NCBI GenBank assembly: GCA_045540335.1
Contig: JAZQHC010000036.1
Location: 22,092-86,091 of the forward strand
Source: Eubacteriales bacterium
GTDB taxonomy: Bacteria > Bacillota > Clostridia > Oscillospirales > CAG-272
Reading direction: 5' to 3'
Length of the DNA: 64,000 bases
The notes below the pieces were generated by a model that was given only the letters and a program-made list of their open reading frames with translations, was not told the DNA's origin and made no database searches. Shown in pieces: positions 49,664-57,831 of this stretch (position 1 is its first letter; each line of letters starts with the position of its first letter). Position numbers and translations under genes: made by a program.

Positions 49664-50212
49664 TTATCTTCCTTTTTTGTTTTTCTTTTGCGGCAAAAGC
49701 GCAATTCCCTGATAACCGAGATAATACGTAAAGAATATCACAAAAACAGAGAAAAGCGGCGTTATCGTATATGAAAACGGGTTTGAATTTATATCCGCGC
49801 CGTTGATAACTATGTTTTTGAAAATACCCATATAAAAGCCCTGTATCACGCGCAAGCCTGCGTTGGCTACCGTATATACACCCTCTGCCTTTTCACCGAT
49901 AAAGTAGGAAACAAGCGTTATTACCGAAAGTATAAAGTTAGGTATATTTGCCGCAAGGCCGATATAAACGGGCTTGGCAAAATTTTTTCTTGCCCTGTGG
50001 GCATCTACCCTTATACGGTCCTTACCGCCAAGCGTCCACATAAAATCGTACACAATGAACATATAAAGCAAAACACCGGCCAACCCCGCACAAAACATTA
50101 AAACATCGTTTTCAAGGGTTGCCCCAACGGTAATTATACCGAATATAGACATTGCAAACTGTGTTAAGAATAACTTCAGGGCATCATACCCCGAGGATTT
50201 AAAAAAAGACAT
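49664..50212 (-). CDS. hypothetical 5-TM membrane protein
   Basis: Start moved to M11 behind AGGAGGA. Hydrophobic helices throughout. No family recognised. Confidence 0.5.
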   Translation of the reverse strand: MSFFKSSGYDALKLFLTQFAMSIFGIITVGATLENDVLMFCAGLAGVLLYMFIVYDFMWTLGGKDRIRVDAHRARKNFAKPVYIGLAANIPNFILSVITLVSYFIGEKAEGVYTVANAGLRVIQGFYMGIFKNIVINGADINSNPFSYTITPLFSVFVIFFTYYLGYQGIALLPQKKNKKGR

Positions 50213-50336
50213 TATTCCTCCTGTTGATTGCCGTATCAGCAAAAATATTTACACTTATACATTATAAAACATTTTATATATATATGTACAGAAATAAACG
50301 ATTAACAAAATTTAAATATAAATCAAATATCGCGCT

Positions 50337-51554
50337 TTATTTTCTTTTTCGTTTAAATAAGCAAAGCGCCATTACCAACGGAAAGAATATCGAACAGGCA
50401 ATACCGCACTTTAAAGCTATTTGCTCTGCCCCCATATTTGCAAAAAATACCGCTTGCGACAGCGTTTCGGTATGCTTTATCGCCGCATCAGACACGGCAC
50501 CCGCTATCCATGGGCCTACCGAACAACCGATATCGCCCATTACCGAAAGCAGTGCGAACATCGCCGCACCGCCTTTTGGAAAATCCTCTCCCGCGGCGGC
50601 AACGGTACCGGGCCACATCAAGGCAACGGAAATACCGCACAAAGCACAAGCGATAAGCGAAACTACGCCGTTATTAACGAAGCATATCAAAGCGTACGAC
50701 ACAACGCACAGGTATGCAGATGCAAAAAGCACTTTTTTTAAATTTATTCTTTCGCCGAATACGCCGTAAAGCGTTCTGCACACTGCCATACACAAGGCAA
50801 ACGCGCACATACCGAACAGGTCGCCTGCAAGCTTTGGCATTTGCAGCCCTTTTTCTGCAAAAAAAGATACCCACTGCGCTATCGTTTGTTCTGCCGCACC
50901 CGAGCATACCATAACCACCATAGCCACCGCAAAGCCCTTTGCCGTTACTATTTTACCAAGCGAAACGTTTTTTTCCGAAGGTGCGATTTTCGGCAGCGGA
51001 ACCTTAAAAAACATAACAAGCGCGATTATCGGAACAGACGCCCACGCTATCGGTATAATATTTGCGCTGTTTTGAAAAAAGTGCAAGCACAACGTGGATA
51101 TAAGGCAAACGCAAACGTGTCCCCAGCAATAAAACGAATGCAGCAGCGGTATTTCCACCTTCGTATTCGTATCGGGTATTTCTGATACCACGGGGTTAAG
51201 CAGCACCTCTATCAAGCCGCCGCCGACGGAATATATCACCACGGCAACCACAAGCCCTATATACGGGCTGAATAAGGTTGGAAAAACGACAAGCCCGCAT
51301 AACCCCGCGGCACACATGGCGTGTGCCGCTATAAGCTGGGCGCGCAACGGCAATCTGCCCGACAGCCTTACACAAACAACGTCGGTGCATATCTGAACGC
51401 CGAAATTTATAAAAATAAGCCGCCCCAACTCTTCATACGAAAGGCCCAGACTGTTTTGAAAAGATACGAAAAGCAATGGGGCAAGATTTATAACGATCGC
51501 CTGCGTAAAAAAGCCGAGATAGCAGGCGATCTTTGTATTTTTAAAACTTTTCAT
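50337..51554 (-). CDS. MFS transporter
   Basis: 405 aa, 12 predicted TM, two 6-helix halves. ATGA overlap with the SDR gene. Confidence 0.8.
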   Translation of the reverse strand: MKSFKNTKIACYLGFFTQAIVINLAPLLFVSFQNSLGLSYEELGRLIFINFGVQICTDVVCVRLSGRLPLRAQLIAAHAMCAAGLCGLVVFPTLFSPYIGLVVAVVIYSVGGGLIEVLLNPVVSEIPDTNTKVEIPLLHSFYCWGHVCVCLISTLCLHFFQNSANIIPIAWASVPIIALVMFFKVPLPKIAPSEKNVSLGKIVTAKGFAVAMVVMVCSGAAEQTIAQWVSFFAEKGLQMPKLAGDLFGMCAFALCMAVCRTLYGVFGERINLKKVLFASAYLCVVSYALICFVNNGVVSLIACALCGISVALMWPGTVAAAGEDFPKGGAAMFALLSVMGDIGCSVGPWIAGAVSDAAIKHTETLSQAVFFANMGAEQIALKCGIACSIFFPLVMALCLFKRKRK

Positions 51555-52372
51555 TTTTTATCCTCTTTACCGAAGACGTCGGAAAATAAGCCCGTTTTCA
51601 GGGCAGAAAGTACCCCCTTGTAAACCTTGCCCGAAAACGCCGGGCAGATATTTGAAAACGCCGTCATACACACGGCGTCAACGCTTGGAAACATCAACGG
51701 TACGCCAAGCTGCACGCCGTTTACTATGCGCCTTGCTATAACGCTTTTATCTGTTGAAATAAGGTCTATCAACGGGTGGCCGTCTTGCTTTTGATGGCGC
51801 ATTATGTCGGTTTTAGAAAATCCCGGGCAAACGAGGGATACGAAAATATCCTCTTCCTGCGCAAGGGCGCGCGTAAAATCCGCCAGCGCCGCCTTGCTTG
51901 CAGAATAAGCGCACGTGCCCGCCAAGGGCGAAAACGCCGCACTGCTTGAAACGTTTACGATACACCCCTTTTGTGCTTTAAGCATGGGCAAAAACACCTC
52001 GCACCCGTAAACCGCAGACATAAAATTTACGTTCATAACGGCTTGTACCTTGTCGGAATCGGTATTTTCAAATCTGCCGAACGGCGGAAGCTGACCTGCG
52101 CAATTTATCAGCACTTGAACGCGTATGCCGTTTTTTTCTATCCGGGCAAAAAGCCTTTGCCATTCTGATTTTTCTGAAACGTCAAGCAAAAAAAACTTAA
52201 AATTCGCCATTTTCTTGCCAAGCGACCTGCAAAAGCGAATCATTTTTTCGCGGCTTCTGCCGATACCGATAACCCTGCAATTATATTCGTTTATAAGTAT
52301 TTTCGCAATTTCGCCGCCGAAGCCGCCCGTTACACCCGTTAAAACAACGGTTTTTCCGTTAAGATCGTACAT
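51551..52372 (-). CDS. classical short-chain dehydrogenase/reductase (SDR)
   Basis: TGVTGGFGGEIA (TGxxxGxG), NCAG, YSASKAA (YxxxK). Confidence 0.85.
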   Translation of the reverse strand: MYDLNGKTVVLTGVTGGFGGEIAKILINEYNCRVIGIGRSREKMIRFCRSLGKKMANFKFFLLDVSEKSEWQRLFARIEKNGIRVQVLINCAGQLPPFGRFENTDSDKVQAVMNVNFMSAVYGCEVFLPMLKAQKGCIVNVSSSAAFSPLAGTCAYSASKAALADFTRALAQEEDIFVSLVCPGFSKTDIMRHQKQDGHPLIDLISTDKSVIARRIVNGVQLGVPLMFPSVDAVCMTAFSNICPAFSGKVYKGVLSALKTGLFSDVFGKEDKK

Positions 52373-52387
52373 ACTTACACCAATTAC

Positions 52388-52819
52388 TTACGCCAAGTGC
52401 GCTTTTAATAATTCCATCGCCTCGCAATAGCCTTGCAAGCCGTGCCCGGCGATAGTTTTTATGCACGCGCACGAAACGTATGAATGTTGGCGAAACGCTT
52501 CCCTTTTGGATATATCGGATATATGCACCTCTACCGTGGGGATACCTACCGCCTTCAGCGCATCGGGTATTGCAACGCTTGTATGCGTATATGCGGCGGG
52601 ATTTATTACGATAGCATCCGTTTTGCCGTACGCGCTTTGTATTTTATCAACTATATCGCCTTCGTGGTTAGACTGATATTCTTCAACCTCAACGCCCAAT
52701 TCGTCTGCCTTGTTTTTTATCATCGTTTGCAGATATTCATACGACTGCTTGCCGTATATATCCGGCTCTCTTTTTCCAAGCATATTTATGTTAGGGCCGT
52801 TTATAACGAGAAATTTCAT
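52388..52819 (-). CDS. aroQ: type II 3-dehydroquinate dehydratase
   Basis: 143 aa. MKFLVINGPNINMLGKREPDIYG...QSNHEG...INPAAYTHTSVA. Confidence 0.9.
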   Translation of the reverse strand: MKFLVINGPNINMLGKREPDIYGKQSYEYLQTMIKNKADELGVEVEEYQSNHEGDIVDKIQSAYGKTDAIVINPAAYTHTSVAIPDALKAVGIPTVEVHISDISKREAFRQHSYVSCACIKTIAGHGLQGYCEAMELLKAHLA

Positions 52820-52844
52820 ATATTAAACCTACCTTTAACCGCCG

Positions 52845-52880
52845 TTTGTGGGGACGCCGAAAAACCAGCGCCCCCACAAA
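52845..52880 (-). other. GC-rich stem-loop between thrS and aroQ (no U-tract)
   Basis: Arms TTTGTGGGGACGC / GCGCCCCCACAAA with one mismatch. Not followed by a U-run on the coding (minus) strand. Confidence 0.4.
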
Positions 52881-52887
52881 TCGTAGT

Positions 52888-54822
52888 TTATTTTATAACT
52901 TTATTTGCGTTTTCTTCTACTGCCCTTGCACGGAATTCATCAACCGTCATTACGCCGATATCGCCTGCTGCCCTTTCGCGTACGGAAACGCCGCCGCTTT
53001 GCATTTCTTTTTCACCGATAACAAGCATATACGGTATTTTTTCAAGCTGTGCCGCCCTGATCTTGTAGCCGATCTTTTCGTTGCGCTTGTCGCACGTTAC
53101 GCGCAAGCCCGCTTTTTTAAGCGTTGCACAAACCTCGTCTGCGTATTGCGCTTGATCGTCGCCGATGGGAAGTACCCTTATCTGCTCCGGAGAAAGCCAA
53201 AGCGGAAGTGCGCCTGCGTATTTTTCAAGCAAATACGCAATAGTACGCTCGTAGCATCCCAACGAGGTGCGGTGAATGATATACGGATACTGCTGTTGGC
53301 CGTTTGAATCCGTATAGGTCATATTAAACTGGCGTGCAAGCATCAGATCCACCTGTATGGTAACGACGGTATCCTCTTTACCGTGAACGTTACGCATCTG
53401 CACGTCAAGCTTCGGGCCGTAGAATGCGGCTTCGCCTGCCGCTTCAGTAAATTCCATACCGATATTGTTAAGTATATCGCGCATAAGACCCTCTGCCATA
53501 TCCCATTCTTCGGGCGTGCCGATATATTTTTCTTTATCGTTGGGGTCCCATTTGGAAAGTCGGTAAGAAAGGTCGCCTATAAGGCCAACGTCTGTCATAA
53601 CCTCTTTAAGAAGCTTTACGCAGTTTTTAAACTCTTCCTCCAGCTGGTCGGGGCGAAGAACAAGGTGCCCTTCAGATATTGTAAACTGACGCACGCGGAT
53701 AAGGCCGTGCATTTCGCCGGAATCTTCATTTCTGAACAGCGTTGACGTTTCGCCGTATCTTATAGGCAGATCTTTATAAGAATGCTTTTCTGCAAGATAT
53801 ACCTGATATTGGAACGGGCACGTCATAGGGCGCATTGCAAGCACCTCGCTATCCGATTGGGGATCGCCGAGAACAAACATACCGTCAAGATAATGGTCCC
53901 AGTGGCCCGAAATTTTATAAAGGTCGGATTTTGCCATAAGGGGCGTTCTTGTCATAACGTAGCCGTATTCGTTTTCTTCCTTATCCTGAACGTAGCGGTT
54001 CAATATTTGGAACAGCTTTGCTCCCTTCGGCATAAGGCAAGGTAATCCTTGGCCGATGTATTCGCTTGTTGTGAAATATCCAAGCTCTCTGCCGATCTTA
54101 TTATGGTCGCGTTTTTTCGCTTCCTCTACTGCGGCAAGATGGTCTGCAAGCTCCTGTTTAGAGGGGAACGCCACACCGTTTATACGCTGAAGCATCTTTT
54201 TAGAGCTGTCGTTATCGTGATACGCGCCCGTGCATTGGATAAGCTTTATCGCTTTTACAGCGCCCGTAGAGAAAAGGTGTGGGCCCGTGCACATATCAGT
54301 AAATTCGCCTTGGCGGTAGAATGATAAAACCGCATCCTCGGGAAGAGATTCGATCTTTTCTATCTTATAGGGCTGGTCTTTCATAAATTCCAGCGCTTCT
54401 GCGCGTGAAAGCACGAATCTTTCAATTTTAAGATTTTCTTTTACGATTTTTGCCATTTCGCCTTCGATCTGCTTAAGAATATCGGGCGTAAACGACGTTT
54501 CGCAGTCTATATCGTAGAAAAAGCCGTTTTCCGTTGAAGGACCTTTATCAAGCTTTGCCGAGGGAAACAGGCGCAAAACAGCCTGCGCAAGAATATGCGA
54601 AGCCGTATGGCGGAAAATAAGCTTTCCTTCTTTATCTGCGAAGGTAAGCATTTGTATTTCGCAATCCTCGTTTATAGGCTGTGTAAGCTCGGCAGGGATG
54701 CCGTTATATAAAGCGGCAAATACCGTTTTATCAATAAGGCCCGATGCTTTTGCGGCATCGTAGATAGTTACGGGAACGTCGGAAGAGAACATTTGCCCGT
54801 TTGAAAATTTTACGTTTATCAT
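52888..54822 (-). CDS. thrS: threonine--tRNA ligase
   Basis: TGS, editing, class II catalytic and anticodon-binding domains. Start moved to M11 (MINVKFSNGQ) behind AAAGGAG. Confidence 0.95.
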   Translation of the reverse strand: MINVKFSNGQMFSSDVPVTIYDAAKASGLIDKTVFAALYNGIPAELTQPINEDCEIQMLTFADKEGKLIFRHTASHILAQAVLRLFPSAKLDKGPSTENGFFYDIDCETSFTPDILKQIEGEMAKIVKENLKIERFVLSRAEALEFMKDQPYKIEKIESLPEDAVLSFYRQGEFTDMCTGPHLFSTGAVKAIKLIQCTGAYHDNDSSKKMLQRINGVAFPSKQELADHLAAVEEAKKRDHNKIGRELGYFTTSEYIGQGLPCLMPKGAKLFQILNRYVQDKEENEYGYVMTRTPLMAKSDLYKISGHWDHYLDGMFVLGDPQSDSEVLAMRPMTCPFQYQVYLAEKHSYKDLPIRYGETSTLFRNEDSGEMHGLIRVRQFTISEGHLVLRPDQLEEEFKNCVKLLKEVMTDVGLIGDLSYRLSKWDPNDKEKYIGTPEEWDMAEGLMRDILNNIGMEFTEAAGEAAFYGPKLDVQMRNVHGKEDTVVTIQVDLMLARQFNMTYTDSNGQQQYPYIIHRTSLGCYERTIAYLLEKYAGALPLWLSPEQIRVLPIGDDQAQYADEVCATLKKAGLRVTCDKRNEKIGYKIRAAQLEKIPYMLVIGEKEMQSGGVSVRERAAGDIGVMTVDEFRARAVEENANKVIK

Positions 54823-54845
54823 CGTTGTATCTCCTTTAATATAAT

Positions 54846-55415
54846 TTACCAAATTTTGTACGAGTCGTGAATTTCGGCAAAGCAGCTTTGTTCATATTCT
54901 TCAATGGGAAATTCGCGTACGTAATAGCCCTTATTCGTTGACAAATATACCTTTGCGACATTATCGCTTGCGGGAATGTCGTACTGCAGATTTGAGGCTA
55001 TAAAAATATATGAATCTATGTCTTCGTATATTTTGTCGATTATTGCACTTTTGCCCGAGGCTGTGTATTCGTCTTCAAAGCCGATACGATTACCGTCAGA
55101 TGTGAACGCGATACACTTGCCGTATTTATCAAAATTATAAAAATACGAGGTGTAGCCGTTGTCGTGCGCCTTGGAATAATCAGAAAACTCCACCGTTGCG
55201 GCGAATATTTCAAGCGGTTTTTTGCCGCCCTCCTCCGGGGCTTCAACGGTTTCTTCGTAATATTGCAATATTGCCGTTGCCTTTTCCTCTGTATATTTGG
55301 AATCGGGCTGGGGCAAGGGCGGTGAAAGCATTTGCAGCGCGATAAGCCCTGCAAGCTGTGCTGCAAAAAGCAAGCCGCAAGCAATCAATATAATTTTGTA
55401 TCCCTTTTCTCTCAT
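54846..55415 (-). CDS. hypothetical signal-anchored protein, first gene of the Thr T-box transcript
   Basis: 189 aa. SD AGAAAGGAA. TM KIILIACGLLFAAQLAGLIAL, then a Tyr/Glu/Asp-rich soluble domain. No family recognised. Confidence 0.6.
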   Translation of the reverse strand: MREKGYKIILIACGLLFAAQLAGLIALQMLSPPLPQPDSKYTEEKATAILQYYEETVEAPEEGGKKPLEIFAATVEFSDYSKAHDNGYTSYFYNFDKYGKCIAFTSDGNRIGFEDEYTASGKSAIIDKIYEDIDSYIFIASNLQYDIPASDNVAKVYLSTNKGYYVREFPIEEYEQSCFAEIHDSYKIW

Positions 55416-55511
55416 ACAACATTCCTTTCTGTCTTTGCTTTATATAAACCGCGGTAAATTTGCACCTCGGCAAGCAACTTTATAAAAGTGCGAATGGAAA
55501 CGGTAACGCAT

Positions 55512-55750
55512 AAAAAAACACCCCGAGAAAAGCACGGGCTTTAAAAAGCCGTGCCTTCTCGGGGCGGTTTTCCGCGGTTCCACCCGAATTTGTTTCTTGT
55601 TTTGCCTGTAACGGGGCATACCCGCGCCGCCATTTCCTGCGGCGTTTATGTAAGTCGGTACCTTTTTTGCTTTTTCTGCGTACCCTTTTCCAGCATACAA
55701 GGGTTTCTCTGGCCGCAGATACGGCACGGCTTCTTACATTTACCTTTCAA
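55512..55750 (-). promoter_or_regulatory. T-box riboswitch leader, tRNA-Thr specificity (ACC)
   Basis: Minus strand carries Stem I base AUGUAAG/CUUACAU, AGAGA (55710-55706) and specifier ACC (55659-55657). It also carries the T-box AAUUCGGGUGGAACCGCGG (55590-55572) and a 17-bp terminator stem + U7 (55564-55512). The 95-aa track ORF here is spurious. Confidence 0.85.
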
Positions 55751-55769
55751 CGATATATTTTAAGTTATA

Positions 55770-56195
55770 TTATTTTCTTTTTTTAAGATTGTACGAGGAA
55801 CGTGGATTAACGATCTCTCTCCAATCAAGGTCGCCGCGTTCAAGCGCGCATATCAGCACTTCCGCCGTGGCAATATTAGTTGCGACAGGTACGTTATGAA
55901 TATCGCACAAGCGTATAAGGTCAAGCGCTTCTTCCGTATTGGAAGCGGGCATGGTATCCCTAAAGTACAGCAATACGTCTATTTCATTATAGGCTATGCG
56001 CGAAGCGATCTGCTGTTCGCCGCCGTGCTCGCCCGACAAAAGCCTTTCTATTTCAAGCCCTGTAGCATCGGTAATATATTTACCCGTTATCCCCGTTGCA
56101 CAGAGATTATGTTTACTTAATATGCCGCAGTAAGCAATGCACAACTGCGCCATCAATTCTTTCTTCTTATCGTGTGCAATAATAGCTATTTCCAT
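55770..56195 (-). CDS. mgsA: methylglyoxal synthase
   Basis: 141 aa. IALIAHD-type start (IAIIAHDKKKELM), ATGITG, GGEQQI. Confidence 0.9.
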   Translation of the reverse strand: MEIAIIAHDKKKELMAQLCIAYCGILSKHNLCATGITGKYITDATGLEIERLLSGEHGGEQQIASRIAYNEIDVLLYFRDTMPASNTEEALDLIRLCDIHNVPVATNIATAEVLICALERGDLDWREIVNPRSSYNLKKRK

Positions 56196-56205
56196 TGCCT
56201 TCTCC

Positions 56206-57003
56206 TTATTTAGTCAAAATCTTTTTTCTCTTGATAGCTTTTACCCCTTTAAGAATAGGAATGTATCTTGCCCCTGTTTTATCTGCAATTATGCGGTCTG
56301 CAATATTTGAAAACGCCTTTTCTGAAATAAACGTATCCTCGCAGGCAAGCACGCCGCTTTCCTGCGCGTAAAACAAATTTCTGTCGTACGGAACGACCCC
56401 TAAAAGGGGCACACGCGTTTGGTCGATAATATCATTTATACCGCAACGGCGGTTTCGTTTGACCGAATCATAATCAAAATTATTAACTATCAATCTGGGC
56501 TTTACACCTGATTCAAAGCATATATCTGCGCTTTTTTGCGCACCCCTTAACGACGCGGGGGTATGGCATGCTACTATCATCGCTTCATCCGCCACGGCAA
56601 GGGCGCACGCAAGCGAATCGTTGTCTGCACCCGGGGTATCAAAAAATATGTAGTCTAACCGTTCTTCTTTTGCGATATTCCTGATAACCTCTGCAAACTT
56701 TTCGGGTACAAGCTTATCCTTGCAGTTGTACGGCGCGCCAAGAAAAAACAGATTTTCCTGATTTTTATCAACCACCATCGCCGTAGAATACGCACACCTT
56801 CCCGATATTACGTCGCTTATATCAAACATAACGGAATTTTCAAGGCCCATTATCAAGTCAAGCGCGCGCACATCAAAATCAAGGTCGCAAAGCAACACCC
56901 TTTGGCCGCGCTTTGCAAGCTGATACGCAACATTGGCGATCACGGTTGATTTTCCCACCCCGCCCTTCAGCGAAGCGGAAACAAATATTCTCGTTTCGTT
57001 CAT
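56206..57003 (-). CDS. MinD/ParA-family P-loop ATPase
   Basis: 265 aa. Deviant Walker A SLKGGVGKST. No minC or minE nearby. No SD in front of the ATG. Confidence 0.8.
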   Translation of the reverse strand: MNETRIFVSASLKGGVGKSTVIANVAYQLAKRGQRVLLCDLDFDVRALDLIMGLENSVMFDISDVISGRCAYSTAMVVDKNQENLFFLGAPYNCKDKLVPEKFAEVIRNIAKEERLDYIFFDTPGADNDSLACALAVADEAMIVACHTPASLRGAQKSADICFESGVKPRLIVNNFDYDSVKRNRRCGINDIIDQTRVPLLGVVPYDRNLFYAQESGVLACEDTFISEKAFSNIADRIIADKTGARYIPILKGVKAIKRKKILTK

Positions 57004-57096
57004 GGATTAAAGATTATCTTTCCGTAGAGATTTGGCGGGTCATACCGCCGAAAACCGATCTACACATTGCAATGGGGGTACTCCTTCCCCAAATTC

Positions 57097-57125
57097 ATTT
57101 TACCACATAACAAATCTTTTGTCAA
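57097..57125 (-). promoter_or_regulatory. sigma-A promoter with extended -10 for the MinD-like gene
   Basis: Minus strand reads TTGACA (57125-57120), 17 nt, TGgTAAAAT (-10 at 57102-57097). Gives a leader of about 87 nt. Confidence 0.55.
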
Positions 57126-57163
57126 TAAAATTATAAAAAAAAGTTAATATTTGGAAGGTATAG

Positions 57164-57487
57164 TTATAACGTGTAGTCCCTATTTACGGTAAGTGCGATC
57201 AAAAGCTGCACGTCGTCGTCTGCAGCGGCTTTATTTCTTCCTATTTTTCCGCATTTATCGCATTTGTGGACGATTATATACCCTTTTTTTGCATCGGGCA
57301 ACACCGATATCGGGCGCATAACGCCGCGGCACTCGTTCATACGGTCGCCGGGGTTTTCATCAACGTGAAGCGAGCATAAGCATTTTGGGCAATGATTGCG
57401 CGACGTGTATCCCAACGCGCTTACCTCTTCGTTACAGTTTACGCAAGTAAAACCGCTGTCGTTTTTAGAAAAACGCTTTGTTTGCAT
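57164..57487 (-). CDS. RNHCP domain-containing zinc-ribbon protein
   Basis: 107 aa. CVNC...YTSRNHCPKCLCSLHVD...HKCDKCG contains the eponymous RNHCP motif. Confidence 0.75.
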   Translation of the reverse strand: MQTKRFSKNDSGFTCVNCNEEVSALGYTSRNHCPKCLCSLHVDENPGDRMNECRGVMRPISVLPDAKKGYIIVHKCDKCGKIGRNKAAADDDVQLLIALTVNRDYTL

Positions 57488-57544
57488 AAAAAATCACCTT
57501 TTGCCGAACAATAAGCTCGGCTTGTTTTATCCGCTAATATAAAA

Positions 57545-57814
57545 ATGAGATTGAAATCAGTATATAAAGCCGTTATTTGCATTTGTATTTTGTTGTCGCT
57601 GTGCTGCGCGTTTTCTTCCGTATGCTTCGGCGCCGTGGCGAACGTACAAAACCACAACATGGAATCCCCCGAAACGTCATCGCAGCAGCCGCAGGCAATA
57701 TCAAACCAAGAAATGCAGCCGTACTCCGTACCGTTGTTGATAACGGTAGGGGTTATCCTTGCATCGGTATTTGCTTTGGTTATAGGCCTTGGCTTGGCAT
57801 ATAAAAGCAGATAA
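57545..57814 (+). CDS. putative small secreted/single-pass membrane protein
   Basis: 89 aa. Signal-peptide-like N-terminus, Gln/Ser/Pro-rich middle, C-terminal TM plus KSR. Coding-like codons but no SD. Confidence 0.4.
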   Translation: MRLKSVYKAVICICILLSLCCAFSSVCFGAVANVQNHNMESPETSSQQPQAISNQEMQPYSVPLLITVGVILASVFALVIGLGLAYKSR

Positions 57815-57831
57815 AGGCAAAAACACGGCAG

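Noticed and set aside
55440-55727. 95-aa minus-strand ORF in the mgsA / 189-aa-ORF intergenic region.
   Set aside because: It coincides exactly with the Thr T-box leader; its codons read through the specifier loop, T-box and terminator. The basic, low-complexity translation is an artefact of the RNA element.
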